From Antedon mediterranea (lineage: Eukaryota; Animalia; Echinodermata), in assembly GCF_964355755.1 (NCBI RefSeq), contig NC_092680.1, positions 10,788,001 through 10,852,000 of the forward strand: a DNA stretch of 64,000 bases, in the 5' to 3' direction. The notes beneath the pieces are model-generated. The model saw only the letters and a program-made list of their open reading frames with translations, was not told the origin of the DNA and made no database searches. A program made the translations under genes and the position numbers. Below are positions 51,315 to 64,000 of the stretch, in pieces (positions within the stretch are counted from its first letter, which is position 1; the number at the start of each line of letters is the position of its first letter).

Positions 51315-54300
51315 TTAACTTTCATTTAAAAAGTCATCTCTTAATTCTTTTAATTTAACAATAACATTGGTAGGCAATCTACTAGTTGGTGTTAAATTAA
51401 ATATACTTATCACCTCCTCCTTCGATATTATTTCTCGCCATTCTTGTCCATCTTTTTCACACAGAACAAACCGGGAAGTATACGTTCCAGTGTACCACAC
51501 TACTTCTACCTCATTGTTATTTATGCTGAATATTTTGCCTATCTGAGGCCATTCTGTGGGATATCTCCTTAAAGCTGTTGCTACCATAGCACCAACATCG
51601 AGTTGCTGTGGTGGCTTACGCTTCGAAAATTTACCAATGTGTACCTAGTAGTGTGGGAGAAAGCATAGAAAAGTCTTAATCATTTTTCTTACAACCCTAA
51701 AAATATAGAATTTTCGTTGATGCATTTGCTTGATGCGATTATGAGATCATATCCCAAATATAAGCACTGCTTTAAACTATGTTGCATTACATGTTTCAAA
51801 GATGTAATTTTGAAAATCTATAATATCTTTATCATACCGGTCTTATTTCATTTTCATTATCCGAGTCACTAATGTCTGTCTCGTTTCCATCAGATTCCTC
51901 CCTCATAGGGCTTGCATTGTTGTCATTAAAAATGATGTCATGGAGCAAAAATCGCTGTTCATTTCCTAAAAAAAAAGAGTACGTATTAGTTTTAAAAAGT
52001 AAATAATATACATTCATACAAAATATCATGATATATTTATGCTGAGGTGTTTGTTGCATAAAAGCTGGGCCAATACATTGCGCACCATGCTAATCAGATG
52101 CTGATTGATTGATTTTATCTTATGAATTAATCAGGAGGCATGTTTCTCCAGTGTACTCCACTAGATATCGTTCATGTTATTTGATAATTTTAGGTTCTCA
52201 CATAAAATGATCAGTGGAAGCATGCATTGGTGAATGTGACCCAACATAGTTGTGTGGAGTAAATAGTTGAATTTTGTTATAGCTGCTGAATCTATACTAA
52301 AATCAAAATTCTCTTGTTAACCAAAAAATATATGTGTAAAATGGTGAAACATCACACATGCAATGTAGTACAGTACATACCTTCTGTGATCTCTTCTATA
52401 TTATTTAAAAATTCCTCCCACCAGTCACGTTCTTCTATTCGCAAAGACTTTTTTTTAACTTTGGTATATCTGCATTACTAAAATCAGGAGTACACAACAC
52501 TGGTATATCAGCAGGGCTTTCCTTGAGCAAATATGGAAGTGTGTCCATTTCTCTTGCACATTCACACCAAGTACAATCCGTTGACCAGTTCTTATAGGAC
52601 ATGATGCATTTTCCGGTTTGAGCCAAAACAAACTTAAACTGGTGTGGTTTGCTGTGGTAACGTATGTCTTGCATGTATGGTACTAACCAGTTCTTAATGT
52701 CATGCAGATAGGAAATGATACTTGATGTAATCGGCAACTTTTTGTACGAGTTTTCAACAGCACTTCGAAGATGATCAAGTGTAGATGCTCTATATTTGTT
52801 CAGGTATTTGGCCACACATGAAAATAATTGGTCAATATCCTCGTGAGTGTGACCCACCATTAAAAACCCAATCTTTATCTGAAAGAGTAAAAGAAGTAAT
52901 GATTTAAAATTAAAACTTTTCAAAGCAAAATAAAAAAAATACATTTTTAGTATATTTCCATTTTTTCCTCATCTAGTTAGACTAGAATGTTATTGAATAT
53001 TTTATGTCTTAATAGATAATTACCAATAGTAAATTAATTACGGTCCTATTAGGCTGGTGGAAATCACCCAACACAGGGGATATTTTGTGGTGAACGAGAA
53101 CAGGGTAAATGAATGATGAACTGGGTTCTTTAAAGTGCACTGTGTATACTGTTTTATTATTTATATATCATTTATAAATGTATAGTCATTTACCTTTCGA
53201 AAAATCTTTAACTCTACAAGAAGAGCACATAGGGCAAAAACAAATCTGTTTTTATTATCCTTTCCGCTATTGTCCAACTGCAGATATAAGACTGGTGGTA
53301 GAGGTTGTATCTCTGACAGCACCGTCAGTATAATGTTGCAGGTTAGGTTTGAGTCATGTGGAAACTGCTTTAGGTCAATGAAGCAGTGCCCATGTCGCCC
53401 ATGTACCAGAACACCAGTTACATGTGTGGCTAGTTTCCACATCTTCGACGTTTCTTTTGATTCGCAAGCAAAAGATGGTAAATCAGTCTTGCTTTGGTCC
53501 ATTCCATCGATAATTATTGACAAATACTTGTTGGGATTCTGTCTTGCTTTCTGCATATGTTTATAGTACTTTCGACGTTCAATACTGAAAAATTAAAATC
53601 ATATGTTTATAGTTTTATTTTGCATTTAATAATAAATTTTTGTTTTGTTTAGTTATATGTTATCTATTAGCCGATGACAAGATGAGACAATGCTTTACTT
53701 CTAATCTATTAAAATTATTGATTAAATGTAGAGGTTTTTTGTATAATAATGATTTTGTTTATCTTTTCTCTTTTTTTGTTTACAACCACTTTTATTCATT
53801 CATTGTTCATACACAATAATTATTTTCATTTTCTACCATTTTTCCTTGTTATTTTCTTTTATTTCAATCACTCTTAATTTTATTAAGTTAGAATTATTTT
53901 TAAAAACACTAATAATACTATAGAGGAGGTATACAGTGGAAGCAATAATTATTTTTCCTATCTATGGTAATACCGGGTATACAAGTTCAACAGAATTTCT
54001 TGTTGAAAGGTTTAAACTACTGGTTTTGTACACAAAATAGGTAGGCATACTTACTTTTGTTTTCGTAAATGCTTCTCTCTCTTCATCATTAGTATTTGCC
54101 GTTTTTGCTTTTGATTTGTCTTGTGCAGCTCAAATTTAATTCTGGTGCATTTGCTGCATTTTGCAAAACGATTTTCCTATTAAAAAAAATTGAAAAAATA
54201 CAGCACGTAAAAATATAAAATTAAACAAATTTTGCATTCAATATAGTGAATGTAGGGAAGGAGTTGTGAGGCCCATCATACATGCATCTGGATTGTACAG

Positions 54301-56726
54301 TATGTTTTTCCAGTATTTTATTATGAATGAAAATTGAACCTACAGGACTTTCTGCATAACATTGAAGTGAATTTATAAAAATACGTTAAAAAATACTTCA
54401 GTCAATGAAGATGACATGGATTTTGTCTTTAGGTCAATGAAGCAGTGCCCATGTCGCCCATGTACCAGAACACCAGTTACATGTGTGGCTAGTTTCCACA
54501 TCTTCGACGTTTCTTTTGATTCGCAAGCAAAAGATGGTAAATCAGTCTTGCTTTGGTCCATTCCATCGATAATTATTGTTGAAAGGTTTAAACTACTGGT
54601 TTTGTACACAAAATAGGTAGGCATACTTACTTTTGTTTTCGTAAATGCTTCTCTCTCTTCATCATTAGTATTTGCCGTTTTTGCTTTTGATTTGTCTTGT
54701 GCAGCTCAAATTTAATTCTGGTGCATTTGCTGCATTTTGCAAAACGATTTTCCTATTAAAAAAAATTGAAAAAATACAGCACGTAAAAATATAAAATTGG
54801 TTTTTGTCCATTGGTACAAACCATAATAAGTGTAAAAACGTAAACATACCTCAGGTATTACAATATGCTTGAATTCAACACACCAAAACTTGTAGAATGT
54901 CGCTAATGCACACACATCTTCATTTCTTAGCTCAAACTCATCTTTCATATGCATGTACACATCATGTTTGGTAAGTGTTGATGGTAGATGGATTTGTCCA
55001 TTAGTTGGCATTTGATCACCGTATTCATTACAAAATTTAATAAACCAAGCCCGACACTGTTGAGTTGAATTGCTATATACCATCTTTCTGGTGAAGTTGG
55101 GTGGTAAAAGATAACAGCATCCTTCTAAAAAGAAATAAAATGTAAATTTCAAATATTAGGAATTTCAAATACTGTACTATTTTATTATTGTTTGGTTTAA
55201 TACATTGATTAATGACTTATGATCATTTTGCATTATCTTTCTAACATAGTGTTAAGCATATTAATTTTATTGTGTAAAAATAATTAAACAATAATCAAAT
55301 GCATTCTATTCATTTAAAAAAAAGTTATTCTCCACTCCTCGTCAGATCCTGCCTATGTCCCTGTATAATACGACTATAAGTATAATGGAAAGTAATCTTC
55401 ACACAGTCACAGTAATCTTTCCGTTTCAGCAACATTAAAACACATACATTAAAAGTAATATTAACAGCATGTAAAATTAAATAATGTAAAATGTACTGTA
55501 AAACTAAACAATTAATTACCAATAGCTTGCTTCCTTATTTTGTAAAAAGTTGACCGGCCAATACCATTTACTAACATCCATGCTTTTGCAAAAACTTTGT
55601 TAGCACCAACTAGTAGACAGATTTTGGTGGCACCTCCGGATGTGCTGAGATGTTCATTGAAATATTTAAGGATCCAACAGCGTTGTTCATATTCGGTCAT
55701 TGCTTGAAAAGCTTCCCTTGTTTGTTTTATTTCTCTAAAATTTAGCATACCAATGCACATTAATGCACAACAGCAGGTCAAATACAAGTTGTGTATTGGC
55801 TGTAGGTGATTCCTTTTCCTTTTTTCTACAGAAAGAATAAACTTACATTATCCATTGGCAAAAAAAACAAACAAACAAAATAACAATTATATGGTACCAA
55901 TTGCGGAAAATGTGATCAGTCAATACGGTTTCAGAAGTTTTGGAGGTTACGTAAAACTAGGTGACTAATTCGCATTAATATATAGATACTTTTAATTCTT
56001 TGACAAACAATTTTTTTTTTCGGTTCAGATAATTCAATTTCAATTTTCGAGTGTTCAATTACAGGTTGTGCAGGTGCCTTGTTCATTAGACAGTTGTACC
56101 TATTTACATACCATACAGACATAACATTAGAACCTGACCATAGAATCAGACACAAATGGAAACAACCAGCAATGTCCATATCTTTTAGGTACAGCACAAC
56201 CATCAACATCAAGCACTATTTAATAAAAGTAGTTTTAAAAATTAATGACATATCAAACTTACCACTACGCTTACTTGTGTGATTAGAGATTTTAATCTCA
56301 TCATCACTTGATCCAGATGAATTAAGGTAATTAGTTTCTACAGTCTCTAGGCCTCCTGTATTTCTCTTGCAGGCTAAATAAAAATATAGTAGTTTAATAT
56401 TTATAGCAGCCTATGCAACATACATGTACAGTAATTCTTCAATTGGGGTAACTGGTGATTGATAGCAGACATTTTCAAATTTTGGATAGTGGAAGATAAT
56501 ATTTTGATCCAGGAGCTATAGGCTTTATGGGAGGTTATTACCATTTATCCTTTTTTTTTCACCATTATTCTCATCGTTATTAATAATGAGGTTTTTGTTG
56601 TATTTTGTTATTTCTGAAGAATGCACCTTTGTAATTATTAAGTATGCTAATGATTTAAAGGTGTAGTAGGGAAGTAAATCTAAATAAATAAACTAGCCTC
56701 TATAGAGGATACTAATATCTACTGGC

Positions 56727-56758
<32 letters not shown>

Positions 56759-58887
56759 TTATTAGGCTGGCTGCTTAAAAGGTAATTCCCTATCCAAGCC
56801 TAGATGAAGTTTTGTATAAAGTTGGTAGGAGCCCTACTAAGAAAGGTTAGCAAAAGCTCATGGTTAATGTTATTGCTACTGACCTGCTGATATGTCATCA
56901 TCGGAAGTATCGACATCGGAAGTATCGACATCTGTTGTAGAAACCTCCCATGCTTTTCTCTCTGCTGCTGGAGGAACTTTGGTAGTTGTTACTAGACAAA
57001 CAGAGTCTATGTTGTAATCAGAAAATGTGCAATTTAAACTATTATCATAGAAATAATTAGATACATTTATTGTTTAAAAGGGACTGCTAATTTCAATTTT
57101 TTATTTTATGATTCCAGATCAATTATTTATTTTACATATCAAAATAATTTCTTTTTTTTCCAGTAAAAAACCCCTGCCAAGGGGACATTATTTTGTTCCT
57201 GAAGCCTTAATAGGGGTTATACTGAACGTAACTAGAGGTGGTCCAGTGAAATAGAAAACGTTAACAATGCAAACTTCTTTGTTAAGAACAATCTCAACGC
57301 ACACAATTGTGTTATAAGTACGGAAAGGTAAATCAACACAAAAAAAACTATACTCAACGATAAATGTCCCAATCGAATACGACATTGCTACCTCCCAGAT
57401 CGGGCCCATAAAAACATAGGGATAGGCCTAGAGGCGGCCTCTACTCTAACCTAGTAAATAACTACATAACATGTCATTGTATTGTTAAAGTTACTGACCT
57501 GCTGACTCTGTCGGTATGTCATCATCAGAAGTATCGACATCTGTTGTAGAAACCTCCCATGCTTTTCTCTTTGCTGCTGGAGGAACTTCGGTAGTCGAAA
57601 TCCCAGTAGGTGACCCTTCTGTGTCATCAACAGCAGAACATCCATTATTGATTGATTGAATTGAACCGTTCCCACGTACAATTAGGCCTACTTCATCATC
57701 TTCACTTGAAGAATAGTAAAGCATACGCTCAGTTGGATAAGCAGTGCTGTGTGTTGTTGTTACTTGACAAACAGATTCTGTATCGTAATCAGAAAATTTG
57801 AAATTTGATTAAATTATTATCATACATAATTAATTAGATATTAAATCAAGAATGATTCCACCGAAATTTTGAGTTAAAATAACGATAGTGAAGCATATGA
57901 ATAGGCAAACTGCCTAAAAATTGACAGTTTTGAGAAACTATTCTCATCTTCCACCAGAACAGAAAACAACGCCTAGGCTTAAGATTACTTATATACCAAT
58001 AGGACAGGTTGTATGTAAATGAGGAAGTAATTAGCATGATAAAACAACAAGGAATGTAGGCAACAAACAATCATATGGCAAGCGTGACGCCTATTCATCA
58101 AATGCCTCACTATCGTTATTTTAAATAATTAATTATATGCCACACATGGTAAAATATTATTGAAAATGTGTATGTTTGATCTCTTCTTTGGGACACCCTT
58201 TCCCACAAACAAGTGGATATAGGCCTATTAAGGGGGCCGGCACACATTTTGAGTGTACCTGGCAAATGGTTGATTACCCCTATATTAAGTTTTTTCTATC
58301 CCAAACACAGTACAGTACTACATACTAAAATTTCCATAGGAATAGGCCTAGGCTAGAGCCTATCTCTAGCTAGGCTTAGTAATAAGTAATATTTACTAGG
58401 CCCAGGCCTAGGGCCTAGTACTAGTAGTAGTAAATAACTAGGCCTCTAGCTAGGCCTAGGCCTACCTACTAGGTATGAACATTCATTGTTGTAGGCTAGG
58501 CCTATTGTATTGTTACTCACCTGCTGCTGCTGACTCTGTCTGTATGTCATCATCAGAAGTATCGAAATCTGTTGAAGAAACCTCCCATGCTTTTCTCTTT
58601 GCTGCTGGAAGAACTTCGGTAGTCGGAAGAACTTCGGTAGTCGAAATCCCAGTAGGCGACCCTTCTGTATCATCTACTCCTAGCTAGGACTAGCTAGGCC
58701 TATGCCTAGGCCTTCTTCATCGTCTTCACTTGAAGAATAGTATAGCATACGCTCAGCAGTTGGAACAGGGTGTTCTGTCGTGCCATCATCAGAAAATGTG
58801 ATATTCATAATGTTATTATCGTAGAAATATGCATCGTCTTCGCTTGAGTATTGAAGCATTAGCTCAGAGTCGCTTATCATGTTCATG
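51315..58887 (-). pseudogene. Multi-exon Sola-like DDD transposase gene, probably disrupted
   Basis: GT-AG exons ~55825-55520, 55124-54850, 54176-54055, 53584-53194, 52878-52381, ~51965-51838, 51644-51315. The four central exons were checked to join in frame. Motifs IIDGMDQ, QLDNSGKDNKN, FLMVGHTHEDIDQLFS. Frameshift in an A-run near 52450; 5' exons uncertain. Confidence 0.72.
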
Positions 58888-58977
58888 ATTTAACAAATTG
58901 ATAAAAGAAATGAACAATATACGGTTTTATGTTCATTTAACCGTCATTCGCATCTAATCTTTGGAAAAAGCGCGAAC

Positions 58978-59030
58978 GAATTTGATTGGCTGCTGCAGCT
59001 GATCAACGTTATATTTCATGTGACGTCGTC
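58978..59030 (-). promoter_or_regulatory. Candidate promoter of the transposase gene
   Basis: CAGCCAATCAAA (CCAAT box) and TGACGTC about 100-140 bp upstream of the ATG at ~58887. Confidence 0.35.
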
Positions 59031-59118
59031 AACGTCCAATGCAATTACAATACTGTACTTTATTCATTTTAAAACAAACCGAAATTGTCCACTTTTCCAT
59101 TACTGAAACTGATTTAGG

Positions 59119-61450
59119 ATCAACCTGAGTTTTCGGCATGTATTGAATATAGGACTATTCCATTATTATTTATAGGGGTGTTAGTCAATATGTTGGGTTG
59201 GGTGTGCCAGGCTTGTTGAGGCTTCTATTGTTCGTGTCATTGTGCCAATTGTTTTGTATTTCACTGTGTTTGATAAAAACAAAAAAAAAACTGCTGCTAT
59301 AGTTAGCCTATGTGTCTGTAAATTATATCGTATTTTACACTATATTTATATAGCCTATAGGCCCTAACATGTTTTTTACCGTCAACAGTTAAATCATATC
59401 ATGTTTTATTTTACATTTCATGTAATATTATTATATGTTTTTTTTTTCTCAACAGCCGAATCAAGTTATATAGCCTCTTACAAATAACAAGAAAAAATAT
59501 ATTCAAACGTTATTCACAATAAGGAGAAAACATATACAACTTATTTAATTTATGTTTTAATTTATATCAATCCAAAGGAAAATTAATGAAACAACGACAA
59601 TGATGTGGGTATCAGTGGCTGGATCTCAATAGAGATACAAAAAAAAGCGAAAAGCTAAATCAAAATGATAAAGTAAAACAGCCAGAAAAACAATTTATAT
59701 AAATACATCCATGTTTGTTTTTTTCTCAACAGTTTATGACTTTAACAAATTCAGTACACTTAAAGGCATAAGATTAAGCAAAACATACATTGTGTAACAT
59801 ATTTAATTTAAGGTATATATGTTTTATTTCATCGACCCAGTTTTAAGTGTTATTTAGTAGTGTCATGTTTGGTTCAACTCAATGAGTTAGCAATGTTCGT
59901 GAGGTTCTCTCTCCAGCTGATCCTGACACAAAAACTAAAATAGTCAGAAATAAAATTGCAGAACTTTCTCTCATGCAACACACACTAACCCTTCCCCAGT
60001 ACAGGATATATAGGGCCTACACTGTTAAAAAAATTCTTATAAAAAAACTGTAAATTACTGGCAATCTGGACGCCAGTAATTTACCGTAATGTAGAATTAC
60101 AGGTACTGTTGAAAATAAATTACTGTAAAACTACAGTAAATTATTGTTGGTCATAAAGTCGGTTGTCTACCGTAATGTAGAATCACAGGTACTGTTGAAA
60201 ATAAATTACTGTAAAACTACAAATTACTGTTAACTTGAAAGTCGGATGTCAACTATAACGTAAAATCACAGGTACCGTTTCTAATAAATTACTACAGTAT
60301 AATTACTGTTAATCTGAAAGTCTGTTTGTCAACAATAACGTAAAATCACGGGTACCATAAAACTACGTAAAATTACTGTCGATTTCAAAGGAAGTGGTCT
60401 ACCATTAATGTAGAATAATGTTGATAAATAACTGTAAAACTACATTAAAATTACTGTCGATTTCAATGGTCAATGGTAATGTAAAATCACAGGTACCGTT
60501 ATTAATAAATTACTGTAAAAGATTCAGTGAATTCCAACCAAACAAAATATTACAAAAATATAAATACCATACAAACAAAATAAATACATGCCAATAATCT
60601 TATTTCATGCCTTATATTAAAATGACCATCAAATAAATGGAAGGTTTATTCCAGAGTACATGACCTGGATGTGGTAGATGGACACTTAACAGTAAACCAC
60701 AGTAAGAATGTTGTTGATCCAATAACAGGAGTCCACACTCAAAACATAGAATCCTACTGGAATCGTGAAAAATTAAAGTTAAAAAGAATAGGTGTAAACG
60801 GGAATGGTTACCGGAATACCTTGACGAATTTATGTGGCGAGAAAGATATGGCATAATATAAATTAAACAGATTAAGTAAGTTAAAATAGTATATGTTCCT
60901 TGTGCCTTATTAAATAATGTTAAAGTCTTGTGCCTTATATTTGAATAAAGTTTGAAGAATGTATCTTTCGATCTAACGATTTTTTTCTTGTCGTTTGTAG
61001 AGGCTATTTGCAACTGTTGAGAAAAAACCAAACATGGATGTATTTATATAAATTAAAACATAAATTGGATATTTTATATAAATTAAAACATAAATTAAAT
61101 AAGATTAAAATGTATATGAATCTTTTTCTTGATCTTTTCTTGTTATTTGTAGAGGCTACTTGATTTAACTGTTGAGTAAAAAAAACATGTTAGGGCCTAT
61201 AGGCTACTTTATATAGTGTAAAATACGATATAATTTACAGACACATAATAAAAGCTATAGGCTAACTACAGCAGCAGTTTTTTGTTTGTTTTTATCAAAC
61301 ACAGTGAAATACAAAACAATTGGCACAATGACACGAACAATAGAAGCCTCAACAAGCCTGGCACACCCAACCCAACATATTGACTAACACCCCTATAAAT
61401 AATAATGGAATAGTCCTATATTCAAATACATGCCGAAAACTCGGGTTGAT
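59119..61450. mobile_element. Foldback element with long imperfect arms, containing a Merlin/ISXO2-like transposase fragment
   Basis: atcaacctgagttttcggcatg at 59119 versus catgccgaaaactcgggttgat at 61450. TVNHSKNVVDPITGVHTQNIESYW..YLDEFMWRE at 60671-60850. No TSD seen. Confidence 0.75.
60020..60529. repeat. Degenerate ~60-70 bp tandem repeat with CACTG...CAGTG ends (possible EnSpm-like non-autonomous element)
   Basis: Recurring aatcacaggtac...aattactgt; TSD not matched. Confidence 0.45.
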
Positions 61451-62932
61451 TTAACCTAAAGCCATAGAAATGTAAACTAAAATATGCGTAGTGTATGAAT
61501 ATAGAGTAACAGTAACATTTCTAGTTTTTAATCTTTCTCAGTTTACTTTTAATAATGCTTTGTTTTTTTACGTTTTGTTTTATATTTGAAGATATCAAAT
61601 TTGTCAGTGGTTTGTCATGACAAATTATACTTTTTAAATATTTTTTTTAATGGTTTTTATGTATATTTTTTTTTTAATATAATTATGTTTATTTACTCTT
61701 GTTGCACATCTCCCTCATTGAGACTGTGCCTCTGATAAAGAGATACAAAAAAATTCATAACATAATTAACTGTACGCCACATTAAATCTTTAAAAAAAAG
61801 TTTATATAAACTTTAGATTCTATCATCAAAACACTTCCCCTATTATGATCAAATCATCTTTCATGTAAACTTGGCCTATTTTTCAGAAATGAATATCCTT
61901 ATAGTAATACGATGAGTGGTAAGTTCAGAGCTTGGGATTTTTTTAGGAAACAATGAGTTTGAAAGAATCCCAATTTGATTGGTCAAAATTATCGCTACTT
62001 ATACGTCCGCTATAGATGGCGCTTTTTTTCATACAGATAACTACATAAACAGAACACAATTGTTAAAGAATATTAATAATATTAAAGAACCAATTCTTTT
62101 AATTATTCCTTGTATAAAAATTGTCCCCATGTATGGCAAGATATTCCTAATTTTATCGTATATCATCTTTAATTGTCTGTACACACGAACCATGTTATCT
62201 GTATATTTAAATGATTGTTCACACAATTTATTATATCTTATGTATTTTTATTGTTTTACTAAGTTTTATGATTGAAATGCAGTATAGATAACCAATTCGA
62301 TAGTGCTTAGCACTCAAGAAAGGAAATTCCCAGGTTGCTTTGTTGCGTTGTTTGACTGCATGAAAATTTAATAAAATAATTCTGTTCGATCCTTTTCCTT
62401 CATCTATATGGCTTGTGTTTTTGTAATTTCTGTGTGCATGCTATACATGTTGGCTTCGTCTATGAATTTGTTACCGATTGGCTATTTCCTTTGATTGTTA
62501 ATGAGTTGGTGGTTGGTTACAATCAGGCCTGCATATTATTTTTCAAAATTATAACATTTTAAATTTTGTTGTAAATTGATGCTTTCAATAATGATTGTAG
62601 ATCATTTTCACTATTTCCAATGAGAATTATATCGTCGGCCAAGAATGAGTCTTTTTATCAATAAAAAATATTAATCTCTTTCTCTTTGAAATCTTTTGTA
62701 AGTTCATTTATATATAATATTAACAGAATTAGAGAGAGAGAGAGAGACAGCCTTTGTGGGTTGAAAAAAATGAATAATGTTCAATATAAATCCAAATTAC
62801 TGAAAAAAAGACAATGCTGTGGGTATCAGTGTGGCTGTGGGTATCAGCGGCTTGATCTTAATAAAGATACAAAATAATATAAACAAAAAGCTAAATCTAA
62901 ACGATACAATTTAAACAACTAGACAAAATTAG

Positions 62933-62970
62933 CAGAGCTTTCGGGCAAAACTAGCCCTTCATCAGTGTGT
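62933..62970 (-). ncRNA. Minimal hammerhead ribozyme motif (Penelope-like element type)
   Basis: CA CTGATGA A GGGC tagtttt GCCC GAAA GCTC TG on the minus strand. Confidence 0.65.
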
Positions 62971-63460
62971 AGAAATCAAGCGCTGCCTGAGTGGACTGGA
63001 ATAAAAGAAATAAAACAAAAGAGGCATAATGCTGGTGAAAAGAGTGAGATTAGAAAACAATAAAGATAGCTTGGTATATATAAACAATTTAGAAATTGAA
63101 TTAAAAATCAACTCAAATGGTGGTTAATATTGAAACATTAAATTTAGGTAGTCGATGGAATAATTTTACCGATCTGGGAATATGTTCCTAATGTTAAGTC
63201 AAAATATTTCGTGGTTTTAAGTAGTAATTCCAAGTGGTTTTCATGGTCTGCCCTGTCGTGAAAGAACGTCTCAATTGACACATTTTAAAAAAGCTTTTTG
63301 GGCAATTTAGGGAATGATACACCTTGTGGTGCATTCGGATTTTCAATTACTTGCAATTATTGTTCATTCCGGATGATAACAACAAGCACGAATGTGCAAT
63401 ACTCGGGGTACAGCGAAAGAAGCTGTATACAGACGTATACAGTTAGAAAGTAAAGAAAAT

Positions 63461-63532
63461 AGGTTTCGCCAGGGCTCGAACCGGGACCTTCTGCGTGTTA
63501 AGCAGACTTGACAACCACTACACTACGAAATC
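63461..63532 (-). tRNA. tRNA-Val(AAC)-like, probable pseudogene
   Basis: GATTTCGTAGTGTAGTGG..GCTTAACACGC..GGTTCGAGCC..CGAAACC, with stem mismatches. Confidence 0.7.
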
Positions 63533-63745
63533 TCTTACATTAAAAATGTGGGTTACAGAAAGTTTTTTAATCCATTTAAATTACAAATAAATGGTAATAA
63601 GCACAAAGCAAAATAAACATGTGTAAAAGTGATAATTACCGATTACACAAAATAAGTATTTTAAAAAATAATAAAAATAAGATATACTCTGTATAATTAT
63701 CATATTGCGTATACAGTACTTTTCACCATAAATTAAAAAAAAAAA

Positions 63746-63818
63746 AGGTTTCGTCCGGGTTCGAACCAGGTACCTTCTGCGTGTTAAGCAAACGTGATAA
63801 CCACTACGCCAAGAATCC
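63746..63818 (-). tRNA. tRNA-Val(AAC)-like, probable pseudogene
   Basis: TGGCGTAGTGGTTATCAC..TTAACAC..GGTTCGAACC then a T-run; acceptor stem mismatches. Confidence 0.7.
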
Positions 63819-64000
63819 GCATATAACCATATAACTACATAACGCTGTGGTGTGTGTCACACATTGTGGCTTCTTAATTAAACAAATTAATTAACAAAAA
63901 ATTAAAAATCCGGCTCTATAGCTTTGAGGACATGTCCCTGTAGTATGTTCATGCCAAATCCCAGCTCAATACTATAACGAATAAGGGAGGAGTAGTACTT

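Noticed and set aside
61500-62900. Short ORFs at 61979, 62041, 62686
   Set aside because: AT-rich, no motifs, no splice support.

Overview
This is AT-rich animal (probably invertebrate; inference) heterochromatin made almost entirely of satellites and nested transposons, with no convincing host gene. Two satellites, A (~88 bp) and B (~185 bp), carry the insertions. The main ones are two families of Ngaro-type tyrosine-recombinase (YR) retrotransposons in 3 copies. Both families have an unusual 5' SGNH esterase plus minisatellite module, and both are inserted within a few bp of the same dyad in satellite B; empty sites in the window reveal the crossover cores. Also present: two inverted copies of an esterase/zinc-knuckle LINE, a solo LTR, a BEL/Pao remnant, a Helitron, HINEs, ISL2EU-, IS3EU- and MULE-type MITEs, a spliced Sola-like transposase gene, a foldback with a Merlin fragment, Pol III tRNA-like repeats, two tRNA-Val-like sequences and a Penelope-type hammerhead motif. 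Much of 1-48 kb is organised as large inverted duplications. All calls come from motif reading by eye; no searches were run.
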